Below, one piece after another: positions 27,647 through 35,799 of a stretch of 53,597 nucleotides of DNA (its first letter is position 1; each line of letters begins with the position of its first letter). Position numbers and translations under genes: made by a program. Below the pieces are notes generated by a model that was given only the letters and a program-made list of their open reading frames with translations, searched no databases and was not told the DNA's origin. This stretch comes from an uncultured Eubacteriales bacterium (GTDB lineage Bacteria; Bacillota; Clostridia; Oscillospirales; Acutalibacteraceae). The stretch lies in contig CAZBAO010000002.1 in NCBI GenBank assembly GCA_964490085.1, positions 1-53,597 on the forward strand. Direction: 5' to 3'.

Positions 27647-27664
27647 TTTTTTTGCTTTTGCCTA

Positions 27665-27693
27665 TTGACAAGTGCGGATCGCTTTGTTATAAT
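27665..27693 (+). promoter_or_regulatory. Consensus sigma-A promoter (TTGACA, 17 nt, TATAAT) for ylxM-ffh
   Basis: Both hexamers are exact, at 27665-27670 and 27688-27693. Confidence 0.7.
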
Positions 27694-27772
27694 GGCTGTA
27701 AAGCAAATTCCTTTACAGGAAACGCTTGGACATCCGGGCGTTTTTTATTATGCTAAAAAGGAGGGACAAGAA

Positions 27773-28138
27773 ATGCCGAAGAATATGGAGATCATTTGGT
27801 TGTTTGACTTTTACGGCGACATGCTCACCGAAAAGCAACGCAACGTGGTGGAGCTGTATTATGAAGAGGACTTGTCCCTGGCAGAGATTGCCGAAAATCA
27901 GAACATAACCCGGCAGGGTGTACGGGATTCCATCAAGCGCGCGGAGGCGCAGATGATCGAGATGGAAGAACGCTTGCACTTAGCCGCACGGTTTCGCGGT
28001 ATGCGCGACGGATTGGAAGCGATCCGCGAGGCTGCACAGGATATTCAGATGCTCAACGACCGCACCCGCTATTCCCGCGAGATCGACGAACGGTCAAAAC
28101 GGATCATACAGCTGGCGGATGAATTGAGAGAGAGGTAG
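27773..28138 (+). CDS. ylxM: YlxM (UPF0122) putative HTH protein of the SRP operon
   Basis: LFDFYGDMLTEKQRNVVELYYEEDLSLAEIAE..NITRQGVRD.IKR. RBS AAAGGAGGG. It lies immediately upstream of ffh. Confidence 0.85.
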   Translation: MPKNMEIIWLFDFYGDMLTEKQRNVVELYYEEDLSLAEIAENQNITRQGVRDSIKRAEAQMIEMEERLHLAARFRGMRDGLEAIREAAQDIQMLNDRTRYSREIDERSKRIIQLADELRER

Positions 28139-28145
28139 GAGCACC

Positions 28146-29498
28146 GTGGCGTTTGAAGGACTGTCCGACAAACTGTCTGCTGCATTCAAGCGGCTGAAAA
28201 ATAAAGGTAAGCTGACCGAGGCGGACGTCAAGGAAGCCATGCGCGAGGTACGTCTGGCACTGCTGGAGGCGGATGTCAACTACAAGGTCGCCAAGGATTT
28301 CACAGCGGCGGTAGCGACACGCGCCGTCGGCGAAAAGGTCATGGAAAGCCTCACCCCCGCGCAGATGGACATTAACCTCGTCAACGTGGAGCTGACCGCA
28401 CTCAGGGGCGGCGAAGCCGCACGCCTGGCAACCGCCAACCGCCCGCCGTGTGTGGTGATGATGTGCGGTCTGCAGGGCTCCGGTAAAACCACCCATTCCG
28501 CCAAGCTTGCCAAAATGCTCAAGGGGCAGGGCCACCGCCCGCTGCTCGTCGCGTGTGACGTGTACCGTCCCGCCGCTATTACGCAGTTGCAGGTAGTCGG
28601 CTCAGCCGCCGGTGTGCCGGTGTTTGAACGCGGCACCATCGATCCGGTGCGCATTGCCAAAGAGGCAGTCGCGCACGCGAAGGATCACGGCAACGATTAC
28701 GTGATCCTGGATACCGCCGGCCGTCTGCATATCGACGAACAGTTGATGGCGGAGCTTCGCAATATCCGCGAAGCGGTCGCCCCGCAGGAGATCCTGCTGG
28801 TGGTGGATGCCATGACCGGTCAGGACGCGGTGAACGTCGCGCAGTCGTTTAACGAAACACTGTCCATAGACGGTGTGATCTTAACCAAGCTCGACGGCGA
28901 TACTCGCGGCGGCGCGGCACTCTCGGTGCGCGCGGTAACCGGCAAGCCGGTCAAGTTCGCCGGTACCGGCGAAAAGCTGGACGATTTGGAGATATTCCAT
29001 CCGGCGCGCATGGCGTCCCGTATTCTCGGCATGGGCGACGTGATGTCGCTCATTGAAAAGGCACAACAACAGATCGACGATCGCGAAGCCGAAGAGCTTG
29101 CTCGCAAAATGCAGCAAAACACCTTCGACTTTAACGATATGCTGGATCAGTTCCGTCAGATCCAGAAGATGGGCGATATCAAAAGCCTGCTCGGCATGAT
29201 CCCCGGCATGGGCAAGCAGCTCAAGGATATTGATATCGACGAACGACAATTTGCGCGCGTTGAGGCGATCATCCTGTCGATGACGGAAAAGGAACGCCGT
29301 AAACCGGATATCATCAACCCCTCCCGCAAGCGGCGCATTGCCGCAGGCTGCGGCATGCGGGTGGAGGACGTCAACCGTCTGCTCAAGCAGTATGATACCA
29401 TGAAACAGCTAATGAAGCGCATGAAAAACATGGGCAAAAAAGGCGGGCGCGGAATGCCGATGGGCTTTGGCGGCAAGGGCAATCCCTTTGGGTTCTAA
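28146..29498 (+). CDS. ffh: Signal recognition particle protein Ffh
   Basis: [14 protein letters not shown] and TKLDGD G-domain motifs plus a Met-rich M domain. GTG start. Confidence 0.97.
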   Translation: MAFEGLSDKLSAAFKRLKNKGKLTEADVKEAMREVRLALLEADVNYKVAKDFTAAVATRAVGEKVMESLTPAQMDINLVNVELTALRGGEAARLATANRPPCVVMMCGLQGSGKTTHSAKLAKMLKGQGHRPLLVACDVYRPAAITQLQVVGSAAGVPVFERGTIDPVRIAKEAVAHAKDHGNDYVILDTAGRLHIDEQLMAELRNIREAVAPQEILLVVDAMTGQDAVNVAQSFNETLSIDGVILTKLDGDTRGGAALSVRAVTGKPVKFAGTGEKLDDLEIFHPARMASRILGMGDVMSLIEKAQQQIDDREAEELARKMQQNTFDFNDMLDQFRQIQKMGDIKSLLGMIPGMGKQLKDIDIDERQFARVEAIILSMTEKERRKPDIINPSRKRRIAAGCGMRVEDVNRLLKQYDTMKQLMKRMKNMGKKGGRGMPMGFGGKGNPFGF

Positions 29499-29560
29499 TT
29501 TCAACCGTATTCACGGTTGGCGAAGAATACATTTTCAGTACAATTTTGGAGGTAACCAAC

Positions 29561-29800
29561 ATGGCAGTAAAAATCAGACTGCGCCGCATGGGCGCAAAGA
29601 AAGCTCCCTTCTATCGCATCGTGGTAGCGGATTCCCGTTATCCCCGCGACGGCCGCTTCATCGAGGAGATCGGCTATTACAACCCGCTGGAAGAGCCGGC
29701 TGTTGTCAAAGTTGACGCCGAGAAGGCTAAGAAGTGGATCGCCAACGGCGCTCAGCCCACCGATACCGTCAAGGATCTGCTGAAGAAAGCCGGTATATAA
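29561..29800 (+). CDS. rpsP: 30S ribosomal protein S16
   Basis: [34 protein letters not shown]. Confidence 0.97.
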   Translation: MAVKIRLRRMGAKKAPFYRIVVADSRYPRDGRFIEEIGYYNPLEEPAVVKVDAEKAKKWIANGAQPTDTVKDLLKKAGI

Positions 29801-29804
29801 GGCC

Positions 29805-30041
29805 ATGAAAGAGTTATTGTTAACGATTGCTCGCGGTCTTGTTGAAGATCCCGACGCGGTCGTCGTCACCGAGGATGAACCCGCGGAGGACGGCACGATC
29901 GTGTTTCATCTTCACGTGGCAGCAGACGATATGGGTCGCGTCATCGGCAAGCAGGGTCGCATTGCGAAGGCGATGCGCACCGTGATGCGTGCCGCCGCGA
30001 CCCGTCAGGATGCGAAAGTAGCCGTCGAGATCGACGACTGA
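29805..30041 (+). CDS. KH-domain RNA-binding protein (YlqC family)
   Basis: DMGRVIGKQGRIAKAMRTV is a GxxG KH motif. The gene sits in the conserved rpsP-KH-rimM order. Confidence 0.85.
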   Translation: MKELLLTIARGLVEDPDAVVVTEDEPAEDGTIVFHLHVAADDMGRVIGKQGRIAKAMRTVMRAAATRQDAKVAVEIDD

Positions 30042-30061
30042 TAACCCGCAAACACCCGATA

Positions 30062-30092
30062 ACCTCTCACGGCACGCCGTGAGAGGTTTTTT
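30062..30092 (+). terminator. Intrinsic terminator/attenuator between the KH gene and rimM
   Basis: CCTCTCACGG-CACG-CCGTGAGAGG followed by T6. Confidence 0.7.
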
Positions 30093-30107
30093 CCGAGGAG
30101 GAACGGT

Positions 30108-30626
30108 ATGGCGAAACGGAGTTTTCTGGAAGCCGGCGAGATCGTCGGCACACACGGTGTGCGCGGCGAGGTACGCGTGCGCCCTGAATGTGACTCACCC
30201 GACATGTTTTGCACCCTGCGCACGGTATATTTCGACGATGTCGGCAAACGGTCGGTCCGCATGAAAGCACGCGTTCATAAAAACATTGCGCTCGCGAAGC
30301 TCGATGGCGTTGACACGGTGGAGGCAGCAGCAGCCCTGCGCGGTACGATGCTGTACCTTGACCGCCGTGATATCAAGCTGGAAAAGGGCCGTTATTTTAT
30401 CTGTGACCTGATCGGCACACGGGTAGTTGACTGTGAGACCGGTACCGTTTACGGCGAATGTACCGACGTCACGCATACCGGCTCGAACGACGTCTACCAT
30501 ATGAAAACACCGGAGGGTAAGGAGATCCTGATTCCTGCGATCCCCGACGTCATCCGTGAGGTGGACATTGAGCATGAGAGCATTCGTATTTTTCCGATGT
30601 TAGGGTTGTTTGACGATGAGAATTGA
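30108..30626 (+). CDS. rimM: Ribosome maturation factor RimM
   Basis: [16 protein letters not shown]-terminus, a PRC barrel C-terminus, and its operon context. Confidence 0.9.
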   Translation: MAKRSFLEAGEIVGTHGVRGEVRVRPECDSPDMFCTLRTVYFDDVGKRSVRMKARVHKNIALAKLDGVDTVEAAAALRGTMLYLDRRDIKLEKGRYFICDLIGTRVVDCETGTVYGECTDVTHTGSNDVYHMKTPEGKEILIPAIPDVIREVDIEHESIRIFPMLGLFDDEN

Positions 30627-31353
30627 TTTTCTGACACTGTTTCCCGAATCCTGCAACGCGGTGCTGAGCGAGAGCATTATCGGCAAAGCCCGCGAACGCG
30701 GTATTCTGGATTTTCATTTTCACCAGATCCGCGATTACACGGAAAACCGCCAAAAGCAGGTGGACGACTATCCCTACGGCGGCGGTATGGGCATGGTGAT
30801 GAACGCACAGCCGATCGCAGACTGCTTCCGCGCGGTCTGTGACCAGATCGGTCATCGCCCGCACCTGATCTATCTGTCACCGCAAGGCAAAACGCTGACA
30901 CAGGCACGCGCACGAGAGCTTTCCGAGCTGCCGGAGCTGTGCCTGTTGTGCGGTCATTACGAAGGCGTGGACGAACGCGTTTTGGACGCGATCGTAGACG
31001 AGCAGATCTCGATCGGTGACTATGTGCTCACCGGAGGCGAGCTTCCCGCAATGGTACTCGCCGACTGCGTCGCCCGCATGATCCCCGGCGTGCTGTCCGA
31101 CGAGATATGTTTCACCGAGGAAAGCCATTTTTCCTCGCTCTTGGAATATCCGCAATACACGCGTCCCGCAGTATGGGAAGGACGCGAGGTGCCGCCGATC
31201 CTGCTGTCGGGTCATCATGAGAATATTGCGGCGTGGCGGCGGGAACAATCCTTGTTGCGGACGCTCAAGCACCGCCCCGATCTGCTGAAAAACGCCGATC
31301 TGACACCAAAAGAAAAAGTGTTCTTAGACGAAAAACAGCGCCATTGTGACTAA
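30616..31353 (+). CDS. trmD: tRNA (guanine37-N1)-methyltransferase
   Basis: [24 protein letters not shown] and [12 protein letters not shown]. Confidence 0.95.
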   Translation: MRIDFLTLFPESCNAVLSESIIGKARERGILDFHFHQIRDYTENRQKQVDDYPYGGGMGMVMNAQPIADCFRAVCDQIGHRPHLIYLSPQGKTLTQARARELSELPELCLLCGHYEGVDERVLDAIVDEQISIGDYVLTGGELPAMVLADCVARMIPGVLSDEICFTEESHFSSLLEYPQYTRPAVWEGREVPPILLSGHHENIAAWRREQSLLRTLKHRPDLLKNADLTPKEKVFLDEKQRHCD

Positions 31354-31463
31354 ATTCCTTCCACATTCCCCGTCATTTTTACCAATTCGAATGGTTCTTG
31401 TTTTTTCAAAATAGGGCAGGCATCCAAATTTTCAAAAATCGAGTTTTTTTGCGTGGTTTTTGT

Positions 31464-31491
31464 TTGACCGCACCGCGCTTTATGGTATAAT
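31464..31491 (+). promoter_or_regulatory. Candidate sigma-A promoter for HPr (TTGACC, 16 nt, TGgTATAAT)
   Basis: Hexamers at 31464-31469 and 31486-31491, with an extended -10 TG. Confidence 0.6.
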
Positions 31492-31543
31492 ATGTACTGA
31501 CAAGGGAAAACTCGAGACGTGATGAGGAGAAGGAGTAATTCGT

Positions 31544-31807
31544 ATGTGTGTCAAAGATGTTTTGGTTCAGAACCAAGTAGGCCTGCATGCTCGTCCTGCT
31601 ACTTTTTTCATTCAGAAGGCGAACGAGTTTAAGTCGTCCATTTGGGTGGAGAAAGAGGAGCGCCGCGTCAACGCCAAAAGCTTGCTGGGCGTGTTGTCGC
31701 TCGGCATCGTGGGTGGTACGACCATTCGGATCATCGCCGACGGCAACGATGAAGAAGAGGCTGTGGATGCGCTCGTGTCCTTAGTACAGTCCGGTTTCAC
31801 CGAGTAA
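31544..31807 (+). CDS. ptsH: HPr-family phosphocarrier protein
   Basis: GLHARPA (His15 site) and NAKSLLGVLSLG (Ser46 site). Confidence 0.85.
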   Translation: MCVKDVLVQNQVGLHARPATFFIQKANEFKSSIWVEKEERRVNAKSLLGVLSLGIVGGTTIRIIADGNDEEEAVDALVSLVQSGFTE

Positions 31808-31819
31808 GAGTTGTAGGGA

Positions 31820-31852
31820 AAGCGCAACCGCGAACGCGGCTGCGCTTTTTTG
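31820..31852 (+). terminator. Intrinsic terminator after HPr
   Basis: AGCGCAACCGCG / CGCGGCTGCGCT stem (one mismatch) followed by T6. Confidence 0.6.
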
Positions 31853-31881
31853 TTAATTTCCGGTTTGAGGGAGGGTGAGCG

Positions 31882-33720
31882 ATGGATAAAAAAGCCGAAT
31901 TGCGGGCAAAGGCGATGGCACTGCCGCTCGAGCCCGGCGTCTATATCATGAAGGACCAAAACGGCACCATCATTTATATCGGCAAAGCCAAGGCGCTGAA
32001 GAACCGTGTCAGTCAGTATTTCGGAGCCGACACCGCTCACACCGAAAAGGTGCGGCAGATGGTCAGCCGCGTGGATCGTTTTGAGTATATCGTCACCGGC
32101 AGTGAGTTTGAGGCACTCATACTGGAATGTTCGCTTATCAAACAATATTCCCCCAAATACAACATCCTGCTCAAGGACGACAAGGGCTATCACTACATCC
32201 GCGTATCCCCGCCCCCCTTTTCCCGCATCAGCGAAGCGAAACAAAAGACGGAGGACGGCGCACGGTATATCGGGCCGTATCTCTCCTCGTTTGCCATCAA
32301 GCAAGCGGTCGACGAGGTAAACCGGCTGTTCGGTCTGTCCACCTGCCGCAAACCACTGCAGTACCGTAAGGCTTGCGAGCGGCCGTGTCTTAACCACTAT
32401 ATCGGACAATGCTGTGCGCCCTGCACGGGCAAGGTATCCCCCACCGAGTACGCCGACCGCGTTGAACAAGCGATCACCTATTTGACGCAGGGACGCTCCA
32501 AGCTCACCGCACTGCTGCGTCAGCGTATGGAGGCGGCATCCGATGCGTTGGATTTTGAGACCGCCGCGCGCCTGCGTGACCGTATCCGCGCATTAGAAAA
32601 GCTGAATGCAACCCAAAAAGTGGTGCAGTCGCGTGTGAAACGGCAGGACATCCTCGCTTTTTCGCAGGCACAAGGCGTGGCGTGCTTTGAGGTATTCCGT
32701 TTCACGGACGGTGCTTTGTCCGATCGGGAGCACTTCTTCGTCGACCCATCAGACGAGCTGCCCGCCACGCGCGCGGAATTTCTGCGCCGCTATTATTCTC
32801 TGCGCGAATCAGTCCCGCCGCGCATCGTGTTGGACGGTGAGATTGAGGATGCCGACCTGCTTGCGCAGTGGCTCACCGAAAAAGCGGCGGCTACCGGCGA
32901 ACGATATACGGTGCGCTTTGTGTTCCCAAAACGAGGCGAGCAGGCGCAACTGATGTCCATGTGCCGTGACAATGCGGCAGAGCGTGTCGCACAGCAGTTA
33001 AATCTCCGCGGGCGCGATGTCTCCGCATTGGAGGAGCTACAGAAGCTGTTAGGTCTCGAAAAATTGCCCGCTCGCATTGAAAGCTACGATATCTCACACA
33101 CTGCCGGCAGCGACGTAGTGGGAGCGATGGTGGTATTCCGGAACGGAAAACCGCTCAAATCCGCCTACCGCCGTTTTGAGATCAAGACCGTGGTCGGACA
33201 GGACGATTACGCCTGTATGCGTGAGGTGCTGGAACGCCGCCTTAAGGAATATGCCGCAAGCCCCGATGACGTCGGGTTCGGTAAGTTGCCGGATCTGATC
33301 CTGCTGGACGGCGGCAAGGGGCACGTGTCGGCCGTTAAACCGCTTTTGGACAGCTTGGGATATGGAATTCCTGTGTTCGGTATGGTCAAAGACTCGCATC
33401 ACCGCACCCGTGCCATCACCGAGGAGGGTGCTGAGCTGTCCATTCAATCCCGCCGCAGCGCGTTCACGCTGGTTTCCGCCGTCCAAGAAGAGGTCCACCG
33501 TTTTGCCATTGGCTATCATCGTTCCAAGCACCGCAAGCAAGGCGTCTCCACGACGCTGACCGAGATCCCCGGCGTCGGTGCCAAACGCGCCGCTTTGTTG
33601 CTGCGGCATTTTGGGTCGTTGCGGGCGGTCAGAGCTTCCACAGTAGACCAGTTGGCGGCGGTCAAAGGCATGACGCGTCCCGCAGCGGAGGCCGTGGTAC
33701 AATATTTTCAAGAAAATTGA
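31882..33720 (+). CDS. uvrC: Excinuclease ABC subunit C
   Basis: GIY-YIG N-terminus (GVYIMKD..GTIIYIGKA..L..RV..Y), a UvrBC-interaction region and a C-terminal (HhH)2. Confidence 0.97.
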   Translation: MDKKAELRAKAMALPLEPGVYIMKDQNGTIIYIGKAKALKNRVSQYFGADTAHTEKVRQMVSRVDRFEYIVTGSEFEALILECSLIKQYSPKYNILLKDDKGYHYIRVSPPPFSRISEAKQKTEDGARYIGPYLSSFAIKQAVDEVNRLFGLSTCRKPLQYRKACERPCLNHYIGQCCAPCTGKVSPTEYADRVEQAITYLTQGRSKLTALLRQRMEAASDALDFETAARLRDRIRALEKLNATQKVVQSRVKRQDILAFSQAQGVACFEVFRFTDGALSDREHFFVDPSDELPATRAEFLRRYYSLRESVPPRIVLDGEIEDADLLAQWLTEKAAATGERYTVRFVFPKRGEQAQLMSMCRDNAAERVAQQLNLRGRDVSALEELQKLLGLEKLPARIESYDISHTAGSDVVGAMVVFRNGKPLKSAYRRFEIKTVVGQDDYACMREVLERRLKEYAASPDDVGFGKLPDLILLDGGKGHVSAVKPLLDSLGYGIPVFGMVKDSHHRTRAITEEGAELSIQSRRSAFTLVSAVQEEVHRFAIGYHRSKHRKQGVSTTLTEIPGVGAKRAALLLRHFGSLRAVRASTVDQLAAVKGMTRPAAEAVVQYFQEN

Positions 33721-33805
33721 CCGTCAACCCTTGCAATCCCGCGATCACCTATGATATACTATTACAGTAAAGTGGTGAAGAGAAGTATCGGAAAGGAGAA
33801 CCGCC

Positions 33806-34324
33806 ATGGATTCCTTTGTGGAGCAGTTAGTCAAAAAGAAAAAGAGTGCCGGTCAAATCGTAGCGATCATCAGCACCGTTGTACTTGCGGTTTTCCTGTT
33901 AGCACTGTCGATCCTACTTATTGCATGGATTCGGGGATTTGCCGCGTTTGTCATCGTGGGCGTATTTTACGGTGCTTGGTATCTGCTGACCGCGCAGAAC
34001 ATTGAGTATGAATACTGCGTCACCAACGGTGATATTGATATTGACCGCATCGTTGCTCAACGCAAGCGTCAGCGCATCGTGTCAGTATCGGGCAAAAAGA
34101 TCGAAAGTGCCGGTCGGTACGTACCGGAAAAGTGGACAGGTCGGCCGATGGATCGCACCGTGATCGCCGCGCCCTCTGACCGCGAGGATAACCTGTATTA
34201 TTTCACCTACCGCAGTAAAAAACGCGGTCATACGTTGGTCGTCTTCCAACCCGACGAACGCGTGAAGAACTCCTTGTACGAGGGGTTGCCCAAGCTGGTA
34301 CAGCTCGATTGGGACAAAGAATAA
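33806..34324 (+). CDS. Two-TM membrane protein of unknown function
   Basis: 172 aa with an N-terminal pair of TM helices followed by a soluble domain. No domain recognised. Confidence 0.5.
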   Translation: MDSFVEQLVKKKKSAGQIVAIISTVVLAVFLLALSILLIAWIRGFAAFVIVGVFYGAWYLLTAQNIEYEYCVTNGDIDIDRIVAQRKRQRIVSVSGKKIESAGRYVPEKWTGRPMDRTVIAAPSDREDNLYYFTYRSKKRGHTLVVFQPDERVKNSLYEGLPKLVQLDWDKE

Positions 34325-34336
34325 TAAACGACTAAC

Positions 34337-34369
34337 AAGGCAGCCAAAATCCGTTTGGCTGCCTTTTTC
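34337..34369 (+). terminator. Intrinsic terminator
   Basis: AAGGCAGCCAAA / TTTGGCTGCCTT stem followed by a T-run. Confidence 0.75.
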
Positions 34370-34384
34370 AAAGGAGACTCTCTT

Positions 34385-35239
34385 ATGACAGTTCCCGAAT
34401 CCATCAAACGCTGTTTTCCGCCGCGGGCGGCGGACAGCCATAAAGGAACCTACGGCACCCTGCTCTCGATCTGTGGGAGCTACGGTATGGCAGGTGCGGC
34501 AGTACTTGCTGCCCGCGCCGCCGGACGATGCGGTACCGGGCTCGTGATCGCGGCCTTGCCGGAATCCATTTATCCCATAGCGGCGGCACAGCTGCCCGAG
34601 GTAGTATTCGTGCCGTTCAAGGAAACCGCGTGCGCCGACCGTCTGAAGAAATTGGCACCGCATGTGGAAAAATGCACCGCCTTGCTGATCGGCTGCGGGC
34701 TCGGCAACACGGCAGCCTCCACACAACTTACGGAAGCACTGCTGAATGCGGCAACCTGCCCGATCGTTTTAGACGCCGATGGTATAAACGCCGCCGCAAT
34801 GCATATATCTATACTGGAAACAGCGCATCCACCGCTCATCCTCACACCGCATCCAAAAGAGCTTTCCCGTCTGCTTCACTGTACGGTCGAGCAGATACAG
34901 ACTGATCGAAAGCTCGCGGCGCAGACCGCGGCTTCGCGGTTTCATGCGATCGTCGTACTCAAAGGACATAACACGGTGATCGCCGAGCCGAACGGCTCGG
35001 TATCCGTCAATAATACCGGCAACCCCGGTATGGCGGTCGCCGGCAGCGGCGACGTACTGGCGGGTATGATCGCGGGGCTCGCGGCCCAAGGTCTGTCGCC
35101 GAGGGATGCCGCCCGATGCGGTGTGTATCTGCACGGTGCGGCAGGGGATCTTGCCGCTGGGCGGCTGTCACAGCACGCGATGCTGCCAACCGACATGTTG
35201 GATGAGTTGGGGACGCTGTTTCTGCAACTTGAACAATAG
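34385..35239 (+). CDS. nnrD: ADP-dependent NAD(P)H-hydrate dehydratase (YjeF C-terminal domain only)
   Basis: SHKGTYG, VLDADG, VLKG..T.I and GNPGMA.AGSGDVLAG motifs. The start is set to MTVPES, preceded by AAAGGAG. Confidence 0.85.
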   Translation: MTVPESIKRCFPPRAADSHKGTYGTLLSICGSYGMAGAAVLAARAAGRCGTGLVIAALPESIYPIAAAQLPEVVFVPFKETACADRLKKLAPHVEKCTALLIGCGLGNTAASTQLTEALLNAATCPIVLDADGINAAAMHISILETAHPPLILTPHPKELSRLLHCTVEQIQTDRKLAAQTAASRFHAIVVLKGHNTVIAEPNGSVSVNNTGNPGMAVAGSGDVLAGMIAGLAAQGLSPRDAARCGVYLHGAAGDLAAGRLSQHAMLPTDMLDELGTLFLQLEQ

Positions 35240-35250
35240 GAGCTGTCAGT

Positions 35251-35754
35251 ATGTCCCGTCGCGTTTTCGCGCTATGCCTTGTGTTTTCTCTGATGTTGGT
35301 CGGCTGCACCCCCCAAAAGCCGGCCGAGCCGGTTTCGGTGGATTTTGCGTGCGAGTTTCAAGCACGGTATAATGATCTGACCGCCACCGGCACCCTCACC
35401 CGTCGCACGGCGGGTACGCTGTTACTGGAATTTGCCGAGCCCGAAACGTTAGCGGGCCTTTCCGCCGAGTGGGACGGAGAAAAAGTAACGCTGAAATATT
35501 GGGGACTGTCCTACGACATGGACCCCGATACACTTCCCGAAAGCGCGCTGGGAGAAGGGCTCATCGCCGCCTTTGACGCCGCCCTGCGCGGTGAGGGAGA
35601 ACGGCAGGAGGCCGACGGTAAGGTGACCGTCACCGGTTTATCGGGAGACACCGCGTACACCTACGTGTACGATACCGAGACCGGCGTACCGCTATCGCTT
35701 GCGGTACCGTCCGTCCCCCTCTCCGTCACCTTTTCCGGCACACGAACAAATTGA
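35251..35754 (+). CDS. Putative lipoprotein, unknown function
   Basis: Signal peptide with a lipobox: MSRRVFALCLVFSLMLVGC. Confidence 0.6.
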   Translation: MSRRVFALCLVFSLMLVGCTPQKPAEPVSVDFACEFQARYNDLTATGTLTRRTAGTLLLEFAEPETLAGLSAEWDGEKVTLKYWGLSYDMDPDTLPESALGEGLIAAFDAALRGEGERQEADGKVTVTGLSGDTAYTYVYDTETGVPLSLAVPSVPLSVTFSGTRTN

Positions 35755-35760
35755 CGGTGA

Positions 35761-35796
35761 AAAAGCCGCGGTTACGTAACGTAACCGCGGCTTTTT
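35761..35796. terminator. Bidirectional terminator (perfect 17-bp palindromic stem)
   Basis: AAAAGCCGCGGTTACGT / ACGTAACCGCGGCTTTT between convergent genes. Confidence 0.85.
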
Positions 35797-35799
35797 GAT

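Noticed and set aside
27694-27772. Possible leader structure (CTGTAAAG..CTTTACAG hairpin and a weak GC stem plus T6) between the ylxM promoter and the start codon.
   Set aside because: The stems are short (8 bp and ~4 bp), there is no known regulatory RNA motif, and the evidence is insufficient to call an attenuator.
31612-32469. 285-aa minus-strand ORF. Similar long antisense ORFs occur at 14986-15660, 17811-18620, 21897-22706, 33094-33711, 35809-37407, 42895-43641 and 46541-47242.
   Set aside because: Each is antisense to a gene with strong family signatures (uvrC, icd, HAD, era, transglutaminase, serC, PHP). All have skewed Arg/Gly/His-rich composition and no translation signals.
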